Source of the DNA: Methanocaldococcus jannaschii DSM 2661
GTDB lineage: Archaea; AGJL01; Methanococci; Methanococcales; Methanocaldococcaceae
Direction of reading: 5' to 3'
Assembly (NCBI RefSeq): GCF_000091665.1
Contig: NC_000909.1
Coordinates: 1,576,838-1,608,837 of the forward strand
DNA: 32,000 bases
The translations under genes and the position numbers were made by a program. The notes beneath the pieces were generated by a model. That model searched no databases and had not been told where the DNA came from. It saw only the letters and a program-made list of their open reading frames with translations. This document shows positions 10,965-21,095 of the stretch, one piece after another. Every line of letters begins with the position of its first letter. The stretch's first letter is position 1.

Positions 10965-12200
10965 ATGAAAAAGGGAAAGTGTGTAATTTTTATTATAGAT
11001 GGATTAGGAGACAGACCAAATGAGAAGGGTTTAACCCCTCTAAAGGAGGCAAAGACCCCAACAATGGATAAAATTGCCAAGGAAGGGATTTGCGGTTTAA
11101 TGAATGCCATAGATATTGGTATAAGGCCAGGAAGTGACACAGCCCACTTAGCTATCTTAGGCTACAACCCTTACGAGGTTTATACTGGTAGAGGACCTTT
11201 AGAAGCTTTTGGTGTTGGCTTAGATTTAAAGGAGGGAGATATAGCATTTAGATGTAATTTTGCCACTGTTGATGAGAACTTTGTTGTTTTAGATAGGAGG
11301 GCTGGGAGAATAAGCCCTGAAGAAGCTGAAGAGTTAGAGAAGGAGATTGATGGTTTAGAGATTGATGGTGTTAAAGTTATCTTTAAATCTTCTAAGGGAT
11401 ATAGAGGAGCTTTAGTTTTGAGAGGAGAAGGCTTATCATGCAGAGTTAGCGATGGGGACCCACATGAAGAGGGAGTTAAGGTTAGCGAGATAAAGCCATT
11501 GGATGATTCAGAAGAGGCAAAGAGAACAGCAGAGATTTTAAATAAATTATTAAAGATTGTTTATGAAAAGTTAAACAACCACCCAATAAATGAGGAGAGG
11601 AGAAAGAAGGGCTTACCTCCAGCTAACATAATACTGCCAAGAGGAGCTGGAGTTGTTCCAAAGATAGAGAAGTTCTCTGAAAAATACAACATGAAAGGGG
11701 CTTGTATCTGTGGAACTGGATTAATAAAGGGAATGGCTAAGATGATTGGTTTGGATGTTATAGAGGTTGAGGGAGCTACTGGAACACCGAAGACAAACTT
11801 CATGGGCAAAGCTAAAGCTTTAGTTGAGGCTTTAAAGGAGTATGATTTTGTTTTAGTGAATGTTAAAGGTGCTGATGAAGCAAGCCATGATGGTAACTAT
11901 GAACTTAAAAAAGAAGTTTTGGAGAAAATAGATGAGATGCTTGCCTATGTATTTGAGCACATAAATAAGGATGAGGTTTATTTTGTTTTGACTGGAGACC
12001 ATTCAACACCAATAGAGATGAAAGACCACTCAGCAGACCCTATTCCAATAGTTATCTGGGGAAAGAGTGTCAGAGTTGATGATGTTACAGAGTTTAACGA
12101 ATTTGCATGTGCTAAAGGAGCTTTACATTGGATTAAGGGAGAGCATGTAATGAAAATATTATTGGACTTAACTGGAAGAAATGAGAAATTTGGTGCTTAA
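10965..12200 (+). CDS. apgM: cofactor-independent phosphoglycerate mutase, archaeal type (alkaline-phosphatase superfamily)
   Basis: Motifs IIDGLGDRP, GSDTAHLAILGY, GADEASHDG and LTGDHSTP. GAGGGAG SD upstream. Confidence 0.85.
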   Translation: MKKGKCVIFIIDGLGDRPNEKGLTPLKEAKTPTMDKIAKEGICGLMNAIDIGIRPGSDTAHLAILGYNPYEVYTGRGPLEAFGVGLDLKEGDIAFRCNFATVDENFVVLDRRAGRISPEEAEELEKEIDGLEIDGVKVIFKSSKGYRGALVLRGEGLSCRVSDGDPHEEGVKVSEIKPLDDSEEAKRTAEILNKLLKIVYEKLNNHPINEERRKKGLPPANIILPRGAGVVPKIEKFSEKYNMKGACICGTGLIKGMAKMIGLDVIEVEGATGTPKTNFMGKAKALVEALKEYDFVLVNVKGADEASHDGNYELKKEVLEKIDEMLAYVFEHINKDEVYFVLTGDHSTPIEMKDHSADPIPIVIWGKSVRVDDVTEFNEFACAKGALHWIKGEHVMKILLDLTGRNEKFGA

Positions 12201-12211
12201 AATCTCTTTAA

Positions 12212-12979
12212 TTAAATTTTTATCTTATCCTGTTTTATTAATGCCTCAATCACACTCCTTTTAACTGCCTTTGCTATCATCTCACCCATCTTTGTATGTC
12301 CTCCGGTGTAATCTACTCCACTACCAAACCCTTTAACAACAACTATATTATCTGTTCCAGTTCCAGTAGCTTGAAGTTCTGGATGTTTTGTGCTTCTTAT
12401 ATTTAGCTCTTGGAAAGCGTTAGTTTTAGCTTCAGTTATTGTTATTATTGCCCTTGCCATAGCTCCATCGGTTAGATTAGCGTTTGTTATTAAAATGATA
12501 TTAACTGTCCCTATCTCTTCCTTAGGCACAATCTTTCCATCAACTATTTTGTAGGTTTTGAAATCCTTTTCAATATAATCAGCTTCTTCATCTCCTAATC
12601 TTATAGCGTTATGCTTAGCTCCTGCAGTTGTAAAAGCAACGACATAGAATTCATCAAACTCTTCCTTTGCAACTGCCAAGTTATCCATATTCGCTCCAGT
12701 TGATAACAATGCTATATCTTCCTTTTTAATACCAATTTTATTTAAAACCTGATTTTCATAGTCCTTGTAGTTATGAACTTTGTCCCAAAATGGAACAGGG
12801 ATTGAGTGATTTCCTACATATTTAACCTCTTTAAATCCTTCTCTTGTTGATAAAACCTTCCTTTTATTTTTAAACTCAATTATTAATGTTTTTGTTTCCT
12901 CAACCATGCCATCAATCTCTACTGTATGAGGAATTTTGTATGCTTTCCAGTCATCCATCTCTAAAACTTTTTCTATCAT
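12212..12979 (-). CDS. CbiZ-like protein (putative adenosylcobinamide amidohydrolase family)
   Basis: 255-aa ORF. NIILITNANLTDGAMARAIITITEAKT and ATGTGTDNIVV resemble the CbiZ family as I remember it; not verified. Confidence 0.5.
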   Translation of the reverse strand: MIEKVLEMDDWKAYKIPHTVEIDGMVEETKTLIIEFKNKRKVLSTREGFKEVKYVGNHSIPVPFWDKVHNYKDYENQVLNKIGIKKEDIALLSTGANMDNLAVAKEEFDEFYVVAFTTAGAKHNAIRLGDEEADYIEKDFKTYKIVDGKIVPKEEIGTVNIILITNANLTDGAMARAIITITEAKTNAFQELNIRSTKHPELQATGTGTDNIVVVKGFGSGVDYTGGHTKMGEMIAKAVKRSVIEALIKQDKIKI

Positions 12980-12983
12980 GCTA

Positions 12984-13739
12984 TTACCTCAAAATCTCTT
13001 TTAAATTATCTATACATAAGTCTAAATCATCAATGCTTTTATTCTGCAACTCTATCATCTTTATGGCATTAATCTTTTTTAAATCTTTTTTAAAATTATT
13101 AAAGTTAATTTTTCCTTTGCCAATGCATAGATGTTCATCGAACTCTCCGTTGTTATCATGAATGTGGATATGAGCTATTTTATCAGAGATTTTTAAAAAA
13201 TTCTCAATATTTTTGTTTAAAAAAGAGTGTCCAATATCTAATGTAATTTTCAACTCCCCTAAATTTTCAATAATCTCTTTATCTGGGTTTCTGAACATGA
13301 ACATATCGTAAGATGGCATATTTTCAATAGTTATCTGAACGCCAAATTCTTCTTGGATGTTGTTTAAATCGTTTAAGCTCTTTATTAATGAGTTTAATGC
13401 CTTTTCATAATCATATTTAAAAACACAATAACCAGGATGTAAGACTATTAATTTGGCATCAACTTTTATAGCCACTTCTAAGACATCTCTAACAAAATCT
13501 AAGCTAACCTTTCTTATCCTCTCTCTATAAGAAGATAAATTTAAATCAGTTATAGGGCAGTGTAGAGTATATTTTAAATCATAAGATTGAGCTAATTCAA
13601 TATTTCCGTCAGACATTACATTTAAATTTCCATCGCATCCTAATTCAACATATTTAACCCTCTCCTCTAAAATTTCAAGAGCATCAGATAAGTTTTTATC
13701 AGTATCTAAAAATAAACTTGTTGATACTCCCAGTTTCAT
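12984..13739 (-). CDS. xylose-isomerase-like TIM-barrel protein (sugar-phosphate isomerase/epimerase or AP-endonuclease-2 fold)
   Basis: Metal-ligand pattern typical of the fold: LHCP, VLHPG, ITIENM, LDIGH and HIHIHDN. 4-nt gap to the downstream gene and 0-nt gap to the upstream gene. Confidence 0.7.
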   Translation of the reverse strand: MKLGVSTSLFLDTDKNLSDALEILEERVKYVELGCDGNLNVMSDGNIELAQSYDLKYTLHCPITDLNLSSYRERIRKVSLDFVRDVLEVAIKVDAKLIVLHPGYCVFKYDYEKALNSLIKSLNDLNNIQEEFGVQITIENMPSYDMFMFRNPDKEIIENLGELKITLDIGHSFLNKNIENFLKISDKIAHIHIHDNNGEFDEHLCIGKGKINFNNFKKDLKKINAIKMIELQNKSIDDLDLCIDNLKEILR

Positions 13740-14507
13740 CTATTCCACCGTTTCCTGAAGATAACGTAAAATTCCAATATATTTGTAATCCAGCAGTATT
13801 ACCATGTATCTAAGTATAAATAATCTCACCTTTTTATCCTTAGTGTAGAGGTAGGATATTATATCTTTTCCATCTTTTACCTGCAGTATCTTTAACACAG
13901 GTTCTATTTCTCCATCCACATCTTTTTCTTCTATTTCAACATCTTTTATATTGCTAAATATATCGTATATTTTAGAATCCTCATTGTCTAATATCTCAAC
14001 AACTAATCTGTATTCTATCTTTGTTACTAACCCATCCTTAATACGTTTTTTAATAAATGTTAAAAATCCATTCTCCCATTTAGTATTTTCACTATTTTCT
14101 CCAGCGTTATACAATATCTTTACTTCTTTTTTATTTAACAGGATATAGAACAGTTTTCTTAAGAAATTGTCTATAGGAGCTTTTCCATAGATTGATGTCT
14201 CTGGTGCAAACCCCACCATTACATTACCAAACTCTTTAGATTTGATGATTATTGATGAGTGGTAAGTGATGTCTTCCAATGTGGATTTAGCAATATCAAT
14301 GACTTTTTTTGGTAACTCTGCCCCCACGTCTTCAATATCTTCTACCCCCACTTCAATTGTCTTATCTACAAATTCAAATACAATTTTATCTTTATAAAGT
14401 ATTATTTCCAGTTTTTCCCACTTTAACAATGGTTTTTCTAAAGTTTTTGGGGTAATTAATATCCCTTTACCTGAAAATCTTGCAATTTCTGAGGATTTGT
14501 CTATCAT
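13740..14507 (-). CDS. conserved hypothetical protein (no family assignable from sequence alone)
   Basis: 255-aa ORF. Its stop codon (13740-13742) directly abuts the start codon of the next gene (13737-13739). Lies downstream of a long AT-rich promoter region. Confidence 0.6.
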
Positions 14508-14683
14508 CCCATCACCTAACTTTCATAGAATATTGCAGAACTAGATAATTATTTTATTTTTTGTCAATCAATTTTTATATTATTGATGCCCCCATATATT
14601 AACTTTATTTTATTTTTTATTGAATTAATGTTAAGTTCATAAACTATTTAAATAATCATATACTCAAGGGCATCATATAAAAA

Positions 14684-14693
14684 GTATAAATAC
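14684..14693 (+). promoter_or_regulatory. candidate TATA box for guaB
   Basis: AAAAGTATAAATAC lies about 45 nt upstream of the TTG start. SD AAGGTGA at 14725-14731. Confidence 0.3.
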
Positions 14694-14714
14694 CCCTCTT
14701 CTAAATATAGTTAA

Positions 14715-16226
<1,512 letters not shown>

Positions 16227-16259
16227 ATCTAAATTTTATTTTTAATTTTTAAAAAAGGG

Positions 16260-16541
16260 ATGATTATGAAGCCAATATTAATATTTTTAGGGATTATTTT
16301 AATGTTTATTGGATTTTTTATGATAACTTTAGGAATGATTCTACCAAGTTCTCAAGAAAATTACGAAAAACCAGAAACTGAAAAAACTGAAAGTAGTGTG
16401 GAATATTCTGGAATTGTAATGATAGGACCTATACCAATTGTCTTTGGGAATTCTCCTGGTTTGATGATTCTATCTGTATTAATAGCAATATTGATGATTA
16501 TCTGGATGTTTTTATTTGCTTTTGGGATAAGAATAAAATAA
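16260..16541 (+). CDS. small integral membrane protein (2 predicted TM helices)
   Basis: 93 aa with hydrophobic N- and C-terminal segments flanking a polar loop. ATG 16260 or ATG 16266 are both possible starts. Confidence 0.6.
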   Translation: MIMKPILIFLGIILMFIGFFMITLGMILPSSQENYEKPETEKTESSVEYSGIVMIGPIPIVFGNSPGLMILSVLIAILMIIWMFLFAFGIRIK

Positions 16542-16550
16542 TAAGTAAAT

Positions 16551-16919
16551 TCATTCTAATATTTCTGTATCTTCATGAGAATATGGAGGATAACTACAGC
16601 ACAATATCTTTAAAGGGACATTACCTATATTTTCAATCTTATGGGGAGTTTTTGGAGGGATATATATAGTATCTCCTTTTTTAACTTCAAATTTTTCATT
16701 ATCTAAAGTCATTAACCCTCTTCCTTCTAAGATATAATATATCTCTTCAGATGTGTAATGTTTATGTAATAAAGTTTTAGAGCCGACTGGAACTATAGCT
16801 TCTGCTAAACTTTGTTTTACACCTTTATAGATGTTTGGATGCAGTAATTCTCTAATTATTGAGCCATCTTTAGTAATATAAGGCTTAATTTTGTCATATT
16901 CAGTTTTTATTATTTTCAT
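16551..16919 (-). CDS. cupin-domain protein (mannose-6-phosphate-isomerase-like cupin_2)
   Basis: Cupin motifs HKHYTSEEIYYILEG and GDTIYIPPKTPHKIEN. ATG 16919 is preferred over TTG 16928, with GGTTGATAA as an SD-like element upstream. Confidence 0.75.
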   Translation of the reverse strand: MKIIKTEYDKIKPYITKDGSIIRELLHPNIYKGVKQSLAEAIVPVGSKTLLHKHYTSEEIYYILEGRGLMTLDNEKFEVKKGDTIYIPPKTPHKIENIGNVPLKILCCSYPPYSHEDTEILE

Positions 16920-16938
16920 GGTTATCAACCAAAAATTT

Positions 16939-17667
<729 letters not shown>

Positions 17668-17726
17668 TTAAATATCATCCTAAATAATATTTTGTTAGTT
17701 TAGATATTTATGGGTTAAGTGAGAAA

Positions 17727-19244
17727 ATGAAAGCATTAATTATTGATTGTTTAGCCTCTGGTGATGGGAAAAGAATTTTAGCAAGGGACGTTATTGGAGC
17801 TGGGCCAAGAACAGTTAAAGGTATTTTGCAAAGTGAAGGTATTGAAGCTAAGATAACACCAGTAGAGGACTTAGATATTAAAGATATAAAAAAATACAAC
17901 CTAATTTTTATTAGTGCAATGACCTCTGACTTTAAATGTGTTAAAAAATTAGTAGAAAGAATTAGATTAAAAACAGACAGTAAGATAATTGTTGGAGGCC
18001 CTATAGCTAACGACATAAACATTTTGGAAAAAATAGAGGCGGATATAAGTATAGTTGGAGAGGGAGAGATAACAATAAGGGAATTAATAAAAAAGGATTT
18101 TGATGCTGAAGATGTTAAAGGAACAACATATTGGGATTATAATGAGGATGAGTTAAAAATAAATCCCCTAAGGGAAATTTTAACTGATTTAAAGCTAATA
18201 ACTCCCTCAACTGAAATTAAAGATTATAAAAACTACTTCTCTGCGAGAGTTTATGTTGAAGTTGTTAGAGGTTGCAGCAATTTTAAAAGACCTCTATTAT
18301 TATGCACTAACAAAAAATGTAACCTATGTGAAAATGGAACATTAAAATGCCCTTTAAATATAAATCCGGGATGTGGTTTCTGCTCTGTCCCTTCTGTCTT
18401 TGGATATGCAAGAAGTAGGGATGAGGAAGATATATTAAAAGAAGTTGAGGCATTATTAAAGGAAGGAGTCAATAGAATTGTTTTATCAGCCCCAGATTTT
18501 TTAGATTATAAAAGAGGAGAGAAATTAATAAACCCTTATTTTCCAGAACCAAATTATGAAGCAATTGAATCTTTATTATCAAAGTGTAAAGATTTAGCTG
18601 ATAAATATAACGCAAACGTATTAATTGAGAATATAAAAGCAAATTTGTTTAATGAGAAAGTGGCAGAGATATTTAGCAAATATCTAAAAACCCCAATTTA
18701 TATTGGTTGTGAGAGTGGGGATAAAAATCACTGCAAACTATTAGGAAGACCTACGACACCAGATGATGTTTTAAAAGCTGTAAAGATAGCAAAAAAATAC
18801 AATTTAAAGGCACAGGTTTATTTTATCTATGGATTGCCAGGAGAAAATGAAGAGACAGCAAAAAACACAGTTAATTTTATGCATAAGATTAAAAATTATA
18901 TTGATAAAATAACCGTCTATAAATTTAGACCCCTTCCAATGTCTGCATTTCAAAACTTTAAACCAAATATTACGAAATATTCTCTACTAATTAGGGAAAC
19001 AGCCAATAAAATAAATTTAGAGATAAAGAAAAAATATATTGGAAGAGTTTTAGAGGTTATAATATCAGAGAGACACTTTAGAAATAAAAGAGATGCTATT
19101 GGCTATCTTCCAGATAGTGGGTTGATGGTTGTTGTTAAAGATGGAGCTAAATTTATTGGAAAAACAAAGAAAGTTAAAATAATTAAAGCTTATGAAAAGT
19201 ATTTAGAAGGAAGAATTTTAAAAACTTGGCTATGTAAATATTAA
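17727..19244 (+). CDS. radical-SAM protein with N-terminal B12-binding-like/flavodoxin-like domain and C-terminal TRAM-like domain
   Basis: VVRGCSNF...GCGFCSVP cluster region, GCESGD, YFIYGLPGE, and a C-terminal YIGRVLEVIISE...KVKIIKA (TRAM-like beta barrel). GTGAG SD upstream. Confidence 0.75.
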   Translation: MKALIIDCLASGDGKRILARDVIGAGPRTVKGILQSEGIEAKITPVEDLDIKDIKKYNLIFISAMTSDFKCVKKLVERIRLKTDSKIIVGGPIANDINILEKIEADISIVGEGEITIRELIKKDFDAEDVKGTTYWDYNEDELKINPLREILTDLKLITPSTEIKDYKNYFSARVYVEVVRGCSNFKRPLLLCTNKKCNLCENGTLKCPLNINPGCGFCSVPSVFGYARSRDEEDILKEVEALLKEGVNRIVLSAPDFLDYKRGEKLINPYFPEPNYEAIESLLSKCKDLADKYNANVLIENIKANLFNEKVAEIFSKYLKTPIYIGCESGDKNHCKLLGRPTTPDDVLKAVKIAKKYNLKAQVYFIYGLPGENEETAKNTVNFMHKIKNYIDKITVYKFRPLPMSAFQNFKPNITKYSLLIRETANKINLEIKKKYIGRVLEVIISERHFRNKRDAIGYLPDSGLMVVVKDGAKFIGKTKKVKIIKAYEKYLEGRILKTWLCKY

Positions 19245-19261
19245 AGCATTAAAGAATAAAT

Positions 19262-20040
19262 TTATAATAACTTCTGGAAACTAAGCCATCAATATTGCTA
19301 TTGGTAGAACTAAAACAAAAGAATATAGGCAAATTTTCTCAACACCATAACCCAACGCCTCTCTATAACCCTTCTCCCATAACTCAGAACTCATTGGGAA
19401 TAAAACAGCTTCAACAGAAAAGGCAAAATAACTTAGAATATTAACAGTTGGCATAGCAACATTCCTATAATCAGCAACAGCATTTAAAACCTGTAAAGTA
19501 AGTTAAGTAAATTCCATCAATATATCCTAAAACCAAACTTCCAGCACTACCCATCATAACGGGTAATCCATAAGAAAATAAATCCCTAATTAATTTTTTG
19601 AAAATAAAAATTTCTCTCTAAAGAAATCTGGAAAAATCCTTTTGATAAATATGTATTCATAAATTAAAATCATTAAAACTGGACTAACGTGTATGCATAC
19701 GTTGGAACAAAAACATCATGCACCCCAAAAATATAGATAAATATAGATAAATACTGCAGATAAAACCAAAATTAAGAAATTTTAACAAAATTTTATTGTT
19801 CCAAAATATTTCTGATTTTGAAAGCCCAATATGCCATTAGAGATGATATCCATTATATATCCAATTATTAAAATTACTAAAACATTAACAACTAAATCTA
19901 AATGTCCATAAATTGTCCTTGATTATTTATATAAAACTCTGCAATAAATGGAGCTAACAAAATTATCAAAATCGTTATAACCTTAGTTCCCATCAAATAG
20001 ATAAATATATAAACTCTTAACTTTAATATATCGATAAAAA
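19262..20040 (-). pseudogene. fragment of a MOP/Wzx-type polysaccharide flippase gene, multiply frameshifted and truncated at both ends
   Basis: Minus-strand reading needs at least 5 frame changes and 1 in-frame TAG. Pieces: MGTKVITILIILLAPFIAEFY, GHLDLVVNVLVILIIGYIMDIISNGILGFQNQKYF, KKLIRDLFSYGLPVMMGSAGSLVLGYIDGIYLTYFTG, LNAVADYRNVAMPTVNILSYFAFSVEAVLFPMSSELWEKGY..VLVLPIAILMA*FPEVIINLFF. No ORF of 60 aa or more is called in the track here. Confidence 0.6.
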
Positions 20041-21006
20041 ATAGTGGAGGTGATAGCGTTATCAAAAAATCAAAAATTCCGAGAGTTAAGCGTTTAATAA
20101 AGCTTATGCGAGCTAAGTTTTATCCGATAGTTGCAAAGTATAAATCACCCTATATCCTTAGAGAGATAATCTCTCTAATCGACTTAATAATCTTTTCGGT
20201 TTTATGCATGATATATTTTGCAGGAGTGTATAAATGTGGATATGAGTTTTTAATTGAATATTTACAATTATTAGACGAAATCACTTTGTGATTTCGTTGC
20301 TCTTCGCTTCGCTCCGATTCCCAAAATGTTGTTCATCGATGCAATGCCAATTAAAACAAAAGAGCTTGTGAGGAAAACTCGACATGAGAGGATAGGAATT
20401 TCAAAGCTTATTAAAAAAACAGTAGTATTGGTTACAATCCATCGAAAAAATGTTGGTATTTTGGATATAAAGCAACTTTCATTACCGATGGGAAGTATTT
20501 AATGTTACTGTTTATAAATCCAGCAAATCAGCACGATAAGGATATTTTAGAGGAAAATTATAAAGAAATCATTAGGGACTTCAAAAACTGTGTAATAATC
20601 GGAGATAAGGGCTATATTGATAAAGGTCTCCAAAATCTATTTAAACTCGGAGGCGTTTATTTCATCCCAATAAAAAGAAAAAACATGATAAAACCGAATG
20701 AAGAAGCTAAAAAATATAAAGAGCTGAATAAATTAAGAAAGGCAATCGAAACAAACTTATCCAAATTGGCAGAGTCATTCCCAAGGCACATCCGAGCTGT
20801 AAGCAAGAAAGGTTTAAGTGCTAAGCTTTTACTCTTCACAATCGCTTACAACATACAACATAAAAGAATCAATAAATGAATAAAAACATTTAAATGTGTA
20901 ATGAGAACTACGGTTATATTAAATTATAAACACATGTCTCAAGATTTATACTATAATACATAAATATTTAATAGTAATATATTTATTAATAGTAGCTACC
21001 ACTAAG
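20041..21006 (+). mobile_element. degenerate insertion sequence (IS4/IS5-superfamily, IS982-like; probably the ISAMJ1 family of M. jannaschii); ends not defined
   Basis: Contains the broken transposase gene (20106-20879). The flippase-like reading stops near 20040. The only possible terminal inverted repeat I found (TAGTGG..TAGC at 20042-20057 against GCTACCACTA at 20995-21004) is weak. Confidence 0.4.
20106..20879 (+). pseudogene. DDE transposase, disrupted (internal deletion plus frame changes)
   Basis: Three frame segments. Segment 1 is 20106-20291 (MRAKFYPIV...). Segment 2 is 20326-20414 (MLFIDAMPIKTKELVRKTRHERIGISKLIKK). Segment 3 is 20415-20879 (NSSIGYNPSKKCWYFGYKATFITDGKYLMLLFINPANQHD..IIGDKGYID..RKAIETNLSKL). 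DDE-like triad: FIDAMP / GDKGY / AIET. Confidence 0.7.
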
Positions 21007-21095
21007 TTATTACGTCCTTATTAAGCTAAGTCAATATTTTTTAGTATTTATTTTCTTAATTTCTAAGAAAAAGCTAAATATATCTGGGGATTATA

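Noticed and set aside
13740-14507. A vague recollection that a M. jannaschii protein around this locus belongs to the CheF-like (DUF439) family despite the absence of che genes.
   Set aside because: I cannot tie that memory to this ORF from sequence features, so it is left as hypothetical.
14585-14673. GC-rich inverted boxes GATGCCC (about 14585) and GGGCATC (about 14667) in the 228-bp guaB upstream spacer. Also considered this spacer as a replication origin.
   Set aside because: It is a 7-bp match separated by ~75 nt with no supporting repeats or ORB-like elements. That is too weak to call a structure, an operator or an origin.
20042-21006. Putative IS terminal inverted repeats (TAGTGGAGGTGATAGC against GCTACCACTAAG).
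   Set aside because: Only about 10 matching positions with a gap, and the right end lies 125 nt after the transposase stop. It is kept only as a loose boundary and is not claimed as TIRs.
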